From NCBI GenBank assembly GCA_017608345.1, contig JAFCGA010000001.1, positions 33,766 through 97,765 on the forward strand: DNA of 64,000 nt, given 5' to 3'. How positions within the stretch are numbered: position 1 is the first letter of the stretch; each line of letters starts with the position of its first letter. The stretch comes from Candidatus Pacearchaeota archaeon (GTDB lineage: Archaea; Nanobdellota; Nanobdellia; UBA10117; JAFCGA01). The notes beneath the pieces are model-generated. The model was not told where the DNA came from, searched no databases, and saw only the letters and a list, made by a program, of their open reading frames with translations. Made by a program: the position numbers and the translations under genes. This document shows, in pieces, positions 27,084 to 34,832 of this stretch.

Positions 27084-27091
27084 TTTATAAA
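27084..27091 (-). promoter_or_regulatory. TATA box (TTTATAAA) for the transcript containing the tRNA-like element and tRNA-Val
   Basis: About 22 nt upstream of GTGGACC at 27066. No TATA-like element lies directly upstream of tRNA-Val itself. Confidence 0.45.
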
Positions 27092-27167
27092 TCTAACTGC
27101 TAATCATAAAATCACTTTCGAGTAGGTCTGGAAGCTTTAAATAGCAGAGCTTCTTTGGGCTAGAATT

Positions 27168-27302
27168 ATGGAGCTAGATCTTATAGAAAAATATCCGCTA
27201 TTATTCCCTGTGGACGACGAAGAGGACGCTGAAGAAGAAGAGGAAGAAGACGACGAAGAGTGGGAAGATGGTCCTAAAGAAAGGAAATTTGTGGCTTGCT
27301 AA
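27168..27302 (+). CDS. possible small acidic protein (44 aa)
   Basis: My translation is MELDLIEKYPLLFPVDDEEDAEEEEEEDDEEWEDGPKERKFVAC. The ORF is short and low in complexity. Confidence 0.2.
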   Translation: MELDLIEKYPLLFPVDDEEDAEEEEEEDDEEWEDGPKERKFVAC

Positions 27303-27383
27303 TTAAGTTCTGTATTTTCGTCTTTTTTTACAATTCAAAAGCCTTTAAAGTATTTCGTTTCTAAAGAGTAGTAGTGATTCAAA

Positions 27384-27929
27384 ATGACAACTGATTTAGA
27401 AACGAAAGTAGGAACTACAACCGTTGGACCAGATCTTGGTTTATTTGGAGCTAAGACTGGCGTACAAGCTGATGCAGAGAAATTATATGATAGAATTATG
27501 AAATATAATCCTCTCTCAAAACCAACTAACTGTAAAATCGGCATGGATGAAGCCTTTGCACTGCGTGTTGAAGCTGATGATAACGTAAGAGTACAAGTCA
27601 TAAGTCCGGTACAGTTTGACGAACAAACTTTGTATTGTCCTGGCGGAGTTGTGAATAGTAAGATGCATGGCAAACCTTGCAGAGAGATAACCCAACCTAC
27701 CATGTATACAGTTACAAAAACAGGAGTAGCAACTGCAGTACAATGGGATAATATAACTAGTGGGATGAAGCCTGGAGAGCCAGTTGGATATCAGCAAAAG
27801 ATTGCTAAGAATAAGAATATTGTTCCAATCTCTAGAGATGTAGTTAAAGAAATAGCTACCCTTATAACAAAGTACACACCAAAACAAGCACCTACACAGA
27901 AGAAAAAGGTTGCACATAAACAAAAATAG
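27384..27929 (+). CDS. hypothetical protein (181 aa)
   Basis: ORF in the track with normal amino-acid composition. Both antisense ORFs look like junk. Confidence 0.55.
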   Translation: MTTDLETKVGTTTVGPDLGLFGAKTGVQADAEKLYDRIMKYNPLSKPTNCKIGMDEAFALRVEADDNVRVQVISPVQFDEQTLYCPGGVVNSKMHGKPCREITQPTMYTVTKTGVATAVQWDNITSGMKPGEPVGYQQKIAKNKNIVPISRDVVKEIATLITKYTPKQAPTQKKKVAHKQK

Positions 27930-27969
27930 TTTTAAGAGCAGGCACTTGCTTGCCAACTTCTTTTATTTT

Positions 27970-29637
27970 TTACTTATGCGTAAAGCAGAATACTTGTTTT
28001 GTTTTTAATTTTCTATCTAATTTACAGAAGCCAAACCGCTCAAACTGGATAATTGCACCAACTTTTAGTTTTTTGATATTTGGTTCTGCTACGCCTTTGA
28101 CAACTGTTCCGTCGGGCATAAGGATTTCAGTCTTAACAGCACTTTTAGATACCCACTGTATTTTTTGAATCTTTTTATTTGGCTGGCTGGTGAATTCTCC
28201 GGAAGTATCTAGTTTTATGTTGTAGAGATCTTTTAATCGGATCTCAGTTCCGTAGAATCTTTCAAAATCAGACTTTGCGATGCAAATTAAATTATTTACT
28301 TTGATTTGACGGGTCTTGCCAGAGTAAGGGCTTATCGGAACACTTATCTCTTGTATGTCCTTTGGAGCATTTGGAATTTCTATCTCTATTGGATCTGCTA
28401 CAAAGGAATATCTATTTGCAATCGGGTCAATTATTTCGCGATTGTGTGCATAGATTATTTTCATGAATTCTTCGAAACTCACGCGCTTATCTACATTGCT
28501 CGGACCAACGCCGATTACGTATTTTCTAAATGCTTCTGGCTGTAAGCCTCTGCGCCTTAGCGCTTTTAGCGTCGGTAATCGAACGTCATCAAATCCACTA
28601 TATTCCTTTTCCTTGACCCCTTTTAGAAATTCCCGTTTGCTAATCTTAATGCCTGTGAATTGAATTCGTCCGTGATGTATATATTGCGGCTTCTTCCAGC
28701 CCATCGCATCAAAGATGTATGCCTGTCGTAGGGTATTATCTGCATGATCTTTGCCGCGGATTACGTGAGTGAGACCAAGCGTGTGATCATCGACCGCAAC
28801 TGCTAGATTCATTAGCGGCCATACGCGATATTTCGTTCCCTGCCGAGGATGCTTATCTTCGGCGATTCTAAATACTGGAAAATCTCGCATAGCTGGATTT
28901 TTGTGCTCCAAATCGGTCTTTATTCGCATAACAGCGTCTCCAGCTATGTATCTTCCAAACATATCTTTCCATCGTTCAAGGGTTTCTGCCGGAGGCAAGG
29001 TTCTGCAAGGACAGGCTGTCTTCTTGCTTAATAAAAATTTGAATTTCTCAGGATCGCAGGTACATATGTAAGCAACGTCTTTTTTTATTAGCTCTTCAGC
29101 AGTATTATAATATAAGGCCATTCGATCAGATTGGATATGAACTTCATCGACGCGATCTTCTGTCAGCCAGTTAGAATCTTCATCAATATGATCATAAGCT
29201 TTTTTGTAAACTCCTGCTGGATTCGTATCAGAGATGCGAATTATTAGCTTACCGTCGTACTTGTCTGCATAGCCAGCGTTTAGTAGCAAGGGAAAGGAAT
29301 GCCCAATATGCATCGGTCCGCTCGGCGCAGGCTCGAATCGAAGGACAACTTTACCTTGTTTAGCATTCTTAAGCGGAGGCAGTTCTTTTTTGGCTTCCTC
29401 TTTTTCTTCGAAGAAATTTGGGTCGATTTGCATAAGCCGAGATTTCTGCGCATCTAGGGATAGCTTGTTAATTCGCGGAAGAACCAGCCGTATCTCTTCG
29501 CTTACTTTTAGAACATTATTTCTCAACTGCAGCTTCTCAGCAAGAACTTTTCCAAGGACAGCTTTTTCAGTCGCCTTGCCGTTATGCGTTACAGCATTCA
29601 TAAGCGCTGCTTTCTCAATTAATTTAAGTAAGCTCAT
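27970..29637 (-). CDS. gltX: glutamyl-tRNA synthetase (archaeal type)
   Basis: MSLLKLIEKAALMNAVTHNGKA is a typical archaeal GluRS N-terminus, and PSGPMHIGHSFPLLLN is the HIGH motif. The start is set at the ATG at 29637 rather than the upstream track start. Confidence 0.9.
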   Translation of the reverse strand: MSLLKLIEKAALMNAVTHNGKATEKAVLGKVLAEKLQLRNNVLKVSEEIRLVLPRINKLSLDAQKSRLMQIDPNFFEEKEEAKKELPPLKNAKQGKVVLRFEPAPSGPMHIGHSFPLLLNAGYADKYDGKLIIRISDTNPAGVYKKAYDHIDEDSNWLTEDRVDEVHIQSDRMALYYNTAEELIKKDVAYICTCDPEKFKFLLSKKTACPCRTLPPAETLERWKDMFGRYIAGDAVMRIKTDLEHKNPAMRDFPVFRIAEDKHPRQGTKYRVWPLMNLAVAVDDHTLGLTHVIRGKDHADNTLRQAYIFDAMGWKKPQYIHHGRIQFTGIKISKREFLKGVKEKEYSGFDDVRLPTLKALRRRGLQPEAFRKYVIGVGPSNVDKRVSFEEFMKIIYAHNREIIDPIANRYSFVADPIEIEIPNAPKDIQEISVPISPYSGKTRQIKVNNLICIAKSDFERFYGTEIRLKDLYNIKLDTSGEFTSQPNKKIQKIQWVSKSAVKTEILMPDGTVVKGVAEPNIKKLKVGAIIQFERFGFCKLDRKLKTKQVFCFTHK

Positions 29638-29689
29638 TGTAAATCTTTGATTTTCAATTCCACAGAAATTGCTGAGCAATTTCGTGGAT

Positions 29690-29739
29690 CCACGGAACTT
29701 CGTTCCGTTGGTCCCAAAAATCCGCCCGAGGATTTTTGG
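29690..29739. repeat. twin hairpin in the tyrS-gltX spacer
   Basis: CCACGGAAC-TTC-GTTCCGTTGG followed by CCAAAAATCC-GCCCGA-GGATTTTTGG. The first hairpin resembles the CCGGAAC-NN-GTTCCGG module of the tRNA inserts. Confidence 0.45.
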
Positions 29740-29781
29740 TTATAAAACTAAAAATGAGACCGTTGTATTTAAATTCAACGG

Positions 29782-30828
29782 TTAATAGCCTGCTTTCTTT
29801 AATAAATTCTTCATCTTCTGACTTGAAAAGTGCTTTCTAACTGGAGCAAGAATATCATTTAGCTCTCTAGCCACTGCTTTCTTGAGATCCATCGGATGCA
29901 GCTGCTTATCTGCAAAGGCTTGCTCTAGCTGTCGATAATTTCCAAACTCAATATTCCCACCGAATTTTTCAGGCCGCTTAATTATGAATTTCTTGCTAGC
30001 GTCTTTTAGGCGAGGCATTATGACTAATTTTATTAGTTCTAGCAAGCCGTTTTCTTCTACTTTTCCAGTGACGCAGAAAGCAGAGTTTATTTTCTTGCTG
30101 ATATCTTTTTCAGAGTCTAACAGACTGATTTTAGTAGAGGAGCCTGCGGAAGCGCTCATCTTTCCACCCATTTTTCCACCAGATAGACTCGGAAGCAGCG
30201 GACCAAAAACACAAGTTGGCTTCTTGCGACCAACTGCTGGAAAGACCTCTCTCCCTAGCATGTAGATACCGCGCTGATCTACTCCTCCGAAAGCGACATC
30301 TGCGTTAAGAGCAGTGATATCTTCAATTTGCATTAGCGGATATATGAATCCGCCTAGCTTTGGCGCATCTCCGAAACGAACAACCTCCGAAGCTGCCCGT
30401 TTAACTCGAGCAAAAGTTACTTCTCCAGCAAATCTTAGAACATCGAGCTGATAGTCTTTTTCTAATTGAAAGTCTGAGCCCTTAACAAATTTGATATTCT
30501 TTGGATCAACGCCTAAAGATTTTATCGCACTTTTCGCTAGCTCTTCATAAACTTTGGCTCTGAATGCTAGCTGCTCCCAGCTGGATTTTTTATCATCTAA
30601 GTATGCATGAATATCTGCAACCAAGAAGGTGAATTTGAAGCCAGCTCGCAAAAAGTCAGCGATTTTTAGCAAAGGAACTAGATGGCCGATATGCAGTAAA
30701 CCTGTCGGAGCATAGCCAACATAAGCAGTAGGATTCTTCTTCTTTTTTAGAAGCTCTTTTAGCTCTTTCTCTTCAACGATTTCCTGAGTGTTTCTTTTTA
30801 TTAGCCTAAATTTTTCTTCTGTATTCAT
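29782..30828 (-). CDS. tyrS: tyrosyl-tRNA synthetase
   Basis: Aligns closely by eye with archaeal TyrRS: LIKRNTQEIVEEKEL, GYAPTGLLHIGH, KMSAS, IKRPEKFGG and QLHPMDLKKAV. AGGTGA lies 4 nt upstream of the ATG at 30828. Confidence 0.95.
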   Translation of the reverse strand: MNTEEKFRLIKRNTQEIVEEKELKELLKKKKNPTAYVGYAPTGLLHIGHLVPLLKIADFLRAGFKFTFLVADIHAYLDDKKSSWEQLAFRAKVYEELAKSAIKSLGVDPKNIKFVKGSDFQLEKDYQLDVLRFAGEVTFARVKRAASEVVRFGDAPKLGGFIYPLMQIEDITALNADVAFGGVDQRGIYMLGREVFPAVGRKKPTCVFGPLLPSLSGGKMGGKMSASAGSSTKISLLDSEKDISKKINSAFCVTGKVEENGLLELIKLVIMPRLKDASKKFIIKRPEKFGGNIEFGNYRQLEQAFADKQLHPMDLKKAVARELNDILAPVRKHFSSQKMKNLLKKAGY

Positions 30829-30869
30829 AATTTCACCTCGCAATACCGTCTATTAAATCTTGCGGCAAG

Positions 30870-31136
30870 CTAACCGCGAGAGAGATAAGTTCGTAATCGG
30901 TATACTTCTCCCGCGACGGTTAGTCCAACAACTACTGCAGCCGTTCCAGCAGCTAGAATCGGATCAGATAAAATATGTGCATCCCAGACTGGAAGCTCAC
31001 TGATTTTCTCTAGTACTGGATTTCCTGCGAAGTAGTTGTTTAGCAGTACGCCAGTTCCAGCGCCCGCCATTATTCCACTAGTAATCTCTACTAGCCCGCT
31101 ATTCTTTGCTTTCCTTAGTAATTCCTGTATTTCCAT
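30870..31136 (-). CDS. small membrane protein (88 aa)
   Basis: ORF in the track with Gly/Ala-rich hydrophobic segments. Confidence 0.4.
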   Translation of the reverse strand: MEIQELLRKAKNSGLVEITSGIMAGAGTGVLLNNYFAGNPVLEKISELPVWDAHILSDPILAAGTAAVVVGLTVAGEVYRLRTYLSRG

Positions 31137-31547
31137 TTATCTCACCTCAGTCCCGCGGGCCGGAGTTGCACCAGCAGCCTCTCGGTCTACGGCCGAGCGC
31201 TCTTCTAACTGCTCCAACCGTTTCTTATTTCCGAGCGAAGCGAGCAAGACGCCTTTCTTTTGGCATCTTAGCTTTTCTTTCGCGAAAGAAAAGGCAGATT
31301 GAGCTACCGCGGGAAGAATTAATTCACCAGTATGAGTTAGAGAAATTAGCTTACTATCGCCGAAGCTGATTAGTCTCTTATTTCTGAGCTGGCGAAGATT
31401 ATGCCAGCCAGTTGATTTAGGTAAGTTTAGAGAAGCGACAAATTGTGATGCAGTTAGTAAGTCATTATCTGCGATTGCGAATAAAAGCTTACGCTGAAGA
31501 TCAGGTATATTATTAGAAATTAATTCGCAGAGGATACGGATGATCAC
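31137..31547 (-). CDS. winged-helix (HTH) protein ORF whose C-terminal 58 codons run through tRNA-Tyr
   Basis: The first 78 aa (…LTASQFVASLNLPKSTGWHNLRQLRNKRLISFGDSKLISLTHTGEL) look like a wHTH. There is no in-frame stop before 31137. Confidence 0.4.
   Translation of the reverse strand: MIIRILCELISNNIPDLQRKLLFAIADNDLLTASQFVASLNLPKSTGWHNLRQLRNKRLISFGDSKLISLTHTGELILPAVAQSAFSFAKEKLRCQKKGVLLASLGNKKRLEQLEERSAVDREAAGATPARGTEVR
31151..31313 (-). tRNA. tRNA-Tyr(GUA) with an insert of about 87 nt in the D-loop
   Basis: The minus strand folds as CCCGCGG TA GCTC AATC[insert]GAGC G CTCGG CCGTAGA CCGAG AGGCT GCTGG TGCAACT CCGGC CCGCGGG A. The archaeal Tyr identity pair C1:G72 is present. Position 33 reads C rather than U. 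Confidence 0.75.
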
Positions 31548-31720
31548 CCATCAAAAATTTAGAGCTATGGCTAGGGATTTCGTTACTAACAGTACCGACA
31601 CTCACCTGCTATGTCTGGTGAGCTATCGGAATTTATTCCGATTTGATCGCCTATATTTATCATACTACTTCAATAGCGAGCGGATTTAAAAAGCTTTTGT
31701 GCAACGATTTTTGTATAATT

Positions 31721-32059
31721 TTATACGGCTCGAATTAGCTCGCAATCTGGAGTAACCTCAACAAAATGATGCGCTCGACCTTCTATAAACTCTTGGCATT
31801 GGTTCTCCGGAAGATTATCAATTTCTTCCCGCGGCGAGTGAGCAATATCACAAACCCAATCATCGACGTTCCATTCAGTATGCCTTTCAGAAATACACGG
31901 TCCTGAGGGCTTATCATCATAGTCATACTGCTGACACATTAAAATGCAATACGCCTTAGCTAGCTCCGCGGGATCTTTATATTTTGCACTTTCGGGAGCA
32001 ACGCAGCCGCTAACTAGCAATATTCCAATAAAGGTTAGGATTACCCATCGCATAAACAT
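31721..32059 (-). CDS. secreted or lipoprotein-like Cys-rich protein
   Basis: Signal peptide and lipobox-like MFMRWVILTFIGILLVSGC. The start is moved to the ATG at 32059 to avoid overlap with the divergent HAD gene. Confidence 0.5.
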   Translation of the reverse strand: MFMRWVILTFIGILLVSGCVAPESAKYKDPAELAKAYCILMCQQYDYDDKPSGPCISERHTEWNVDDWVCDIAHSPREEIDNLPENQCQEFIEGRAHHFVEVTPDCELIRAV

Positions 32060-32103
32060 AAAAGTAGACGAACGTTTATATATTCTTTTCTTGATAGATA
32101 TAT

Positions 32104-32697
32104 ATGGCAATTAAAGCAATTGTATTTGATGTTGGACAAATATTTCAAAAGAAGAAAATTATCTATCAGAAGATCTGCGAGAAATATCCACATATATCCT
32201 TAGAAGATATAGCTAAAGCAAAATGCAAATATGGTCTAAAAAGCAAATTTAGAACCGGCAAGATGTCCCAGGAGGAATATGCCCGACGCTTTTTTGATAA
32301 TCTCGGATTGAAAGATGCGGAACTTCTTGCTCTCACGAAGAAATCTTCTGAAAAATACCCAAAAGTTATTGAATTCGCAAGACAGCTTTCTAAGAAATAT
32401 CGAATAGCAGCTCTAACAAATATTGGATATGGTCCTAGACTCGAGGCTCGCAAAATAATGCTCAAAGAAATAGCTGAGTTTGTAATGGCTTCTGCTGATG
32501 CCGGCGCTTCCAAGCCAAGCAAGAAAGCATATCAAGCGTTATTAGACAAGCTTAAACTTAAGCCAGCGGAAGTTATTTTCATTGATGATAAAAAGAGAAA
32601 CATCGACGGTGCTAAGAAGCTCGGAATAAAGGGAATTGTTTTTAAGAATCTAGCGCAATTGAAGCGAGATCTGGAGAAGTTGGGAGTTGTTGCTTAA
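32104..32697 (+). CDS. HAD-superfamily hydrolase
   Basis: IKAIVFDVGQ (motif I region), ALTN, and VIFIDDKKRNIDGAKKLGIKGI (motif IV). Confidence 0.75.
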   Translation: MAIKAIVFDVGQIFQKKKIIYQKICEKYPHISLEDIAKAKCKYGLKSKFRTGKMSQEEYARRFFDNLGLKDAELLALTKKSSEKYPKVIEFARQLSKKYRIAALTNIGYGPRLEARKIMLKEIAEFVMASADAGASKPSKKAYQALLDKLKLKPAEVIFIDDKKRNIDGAKKLGIKGIVFKNLAQLKRDLEKLGVVA

Positions 32698-33929
32698 GCT
32701 CGGTGCTTCTTTAAATATTTATGATAGTGATGCATATGCAAGCTAGAAGGAACGGGTTCTTTTGCTCCCCGCTCTTTAATATTATATTTCTTCCTAAATA
32801 CAACAAATAAGATAGAGATGATTAACGTTGTGAAAGGCACTGCTGGGGCGAAGATAGATATAGCACTTTTATCGACAAATACTCCCATTTGAAGAGCTAG
32901 TAGGAGTATAACTAATGATTCAACATCTAAACTAAGAACAGAAGCGGCGATTATTCCCGGATATTTTAGCTTTTGGCGCTTTGACATTACAAAGGCGATG
33001 ATAAATTTTGTGCTGACAGCAACTGCTAGAAGGATAAGTGCTGGCACAATGTTTGCTATAATTCCTTCTGGTCCCCAAAGCATTAATTCTAGGCCGAACC
33101 AGCCAAAGAAAAGCGGTACAAATAATCCAAGAGATATTGCCTTAATGCTATCTGCAAATTTTTGCGTGCTAGCAAATCTCGTCCGAGCTACTACAACTCC
33201 TCCTAAAAATGCGCCTAATATACTTGAGAAACCCAAAGCTTCGGTTAAGTAGGCTAAGAATAATACTAGCACAAATGCCAGTGTAAATTGAACAGCTTCG
33301 CTTTCGAATAATGCAACTTTCTGAGAAATTTTATTGATTAGCGCATGAAGACCGAAAAATAATCCGGCGAAGATGCCGATCCCTAAGAGCTTCATAGCAA
33401 TAGCGCTAGCAGTAGGATTAAAGAAAAGAGTTAGCCCGACTAAAGCGCTGAATCCGAATAGAATATTTATTACCCCCGCGTTTAATGCAGAGCGTCCATA
33501 TTCTGTATCAAGTAATCCTAAAGATAAAAACAGTTTGGCAGGCACACCTAAATCAACAACTGCAAAGGCTAAAGCGAAGAAAATAATCTGCATGAGATTG
33601 AAAGAACCCATAATAAATAGTGTTATGAATACTGCGGCAAATGTACCTAGCAAAAGTGCTATACCTATAGACACCGCTTTTTTATTAGTATATATTTGCG
33701 CTGCATTTTCTTCTTTTAGTCCAGCCATAAATAAAATTAGAACTGCACCGACTAGAGCAAAATCTTCGACAATGTGAGGATTCACTAGTTTCAAAATAGA
33801 CGGACCTAGAAGCAGTCCAGCTAGCAAATATCCAATAACTGCGTCAAGGCCAAAACGCTCAAATACTTCCCCAAGAGCGAAAGATGCAAGCAAGAGCACT
33901 GCGATTGATAGTAAGAAATTTGTTATCAT
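32694..33929 (-). CDS. cation:proton antiporter (CPA2 / Kef-NapA type)
   Basis: About 12 hydrophobic helices, beginning GEVFERFGLDAVIGYLLAGLLLGPS, which is typical of the Na+/H+ exchanger family. Confidence 0.8.
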   Translation of the reverse strand: MITNFLLSIAVLLLASFALGEVFERFGLDAVIGYLLAGLLLGPSILKLVNPHIVEDFALVGAVLILFMAGLKEENAAQIYTNKKAVSIGIALLLGTFAAVFITLFIMGSFNLMQIIFFALAFAVVDLGVPAKLFLSLGLLDTEYGRSALNAGVINILFGFSALVGLTLFFNPTASAIAMKLLGIGIFAGLFFGLHALINKISQKVALFESEAVQFTLAFVLVLFLAYLTEALGFSSILGAFLGGVVVARTRFASTQKFADSIKAISLGLFVPLFFGWFGLELMLWGPEGIIANIVPALILLAVAVSTKFIIAFVMSKRQKLKYPGIIAASVLSLDVESLVILLLALQMGVFVDKSAISIFAPAVPFTTLIISILFVVFRKKYNIKERGAKEPVPSSLHMHHYHKYLKKHRA

Positions 33930-34366
33930 GGTTTATGTATGCATTTTATCAAGTTACGGAGGTGAACTACTCCAACTACTTTTTTGTTTTTTATTATCGG
34001 TATTGCTCTGATTTCTTCTTTGTACATTATGAGTGCTAAATTCGGTATCGGCGTGTCTGGCGCAGCGACGAAATCATGCGCGTGCATGAGATCTCTAGCG
34101 TCCTTTGCTATAAATCCGCGATCATAGCCCATACCTAATATGCCTACAACTTCTTCTTCACTTATTTCTTGTTCAGGTACAATTAATTTTAATAAATCAT
34201 ATTCGTGAATCTCGCCGAGAAATTTACCACGTTTGTTTATGACAATGATTGTGTCTTCTGTAGTCTTTAGAATGCGTTTTAGTTTTGCTATTGGATCACG
34301 AGGATGGACGATTTTAGGTCGAAACATTATATCTCTTGCAGTGAGCAGTTTGTTGACCATGGTCAA
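33926..34366 (-). CDS. CBS-domain pair protein
   Basis: Two CBS-like repeats (…IIVINKRGKFLGEIHEYDLLK… and …IPIIKNKKVVGVVHLRNLIK). It overlaps the antiporter start by 4 nt. Confidence 0.7.
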   Translation of the reverse strand: MTMVNKLLTARDIMFRPKIVHPRDPIAKLKRILKTTEDTIIVINKRGKFLGEIHEYDLLKLIVPEQEISEEEVVGILGMGYDRGFIAKDARDLMHAHDFVAAPDTPIPNLALIMYKEEIRAIPIIKNKKVVGVVHLRNLIKCIHKP

Positions 34367-34426
34367 TTAAGGAGATTGCAGTTCTAAAAACTTGCTGAGC
34401 ACTTTAAGGGAGTAGATTTTGTTTAG

Positions 34427-34728
34427 TGGACCGGCCGGGATTTTCTGAAGGACAAATAGACCAAAGTATTTTGGTTTTACCAACTTCAGGGAGGTTGGTA
34501 CACCTTGGTTGGCTATATTTGAGTTGAAGGAACTTCAACTCCAGCCAGACAATGTGCTAGGGGGTCTTGCCCTTACTTTGAACCCGGGGCCTTCTACGTG
34601 CGAGGCAGACGCTCTACCGCTTCAGCAGCGTTTTCTTATTTTCCGAGCGCAAGCGAGAAAGAATTTTTCTTTTTCGCCAACGTTTTTCTTTTGTTAAAAG
34701 AAAAAGGCTGTGGCTGAGCTACCGGCCC
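34427..34728 (-). tRNA. tRNA-Ala(CGC), 302 nt, with a D-loop insert (about 90 nt) and a T-loop insert (about 136 nt)
   Basis: The minus strand folds as GGGCCGG TA GCTC AGCCA[34621-34710]GCGGTA GAGC G TCTGC CTCGCAC GTAGA AGGCC CCGGG TTCAAA[34441-34576]T CCCGG CCGGTCC A. G3:U70 is present, and the gene is 76 nt after removing the inserts. Confidence 0.75.
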
Positions 34729-34832
34729 ACTACTTATTCGCAGTCACTAACTATTTTATGTAAGGGATATTATAAAGATTATGTATCGCTAGAAATCTTC
34801 GGACTTCTGGAATTACAAATCAAATATTAGCA

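Noticed and set aside
26893-27090. Track ORF (65 aa) over the tRNA-like element. The same problem applies to 31036-31369 (over tRNA-Tyr), 34509-34697 (over tRNA-Ala), 54932-55135 and the 55118-55297 N-terminal part (over tRNA-Pro and tRNA-Gly), and 57543-57734 (over tRNA-Ala and tRNA-Met).
   Set aside because: These frames are open only because they run through tRNA exons and hairpin-rich inserts, and they have no coding-like composition.
27335-27956. Two minus-strand track ORFs (122 and 146 aa) overlapping the 181-aa plus-strand ORF.
   Set aside because: They have Cys/Leu/Phe-rich junk composition, while the plus-strand product looks like a normal soluble protein.
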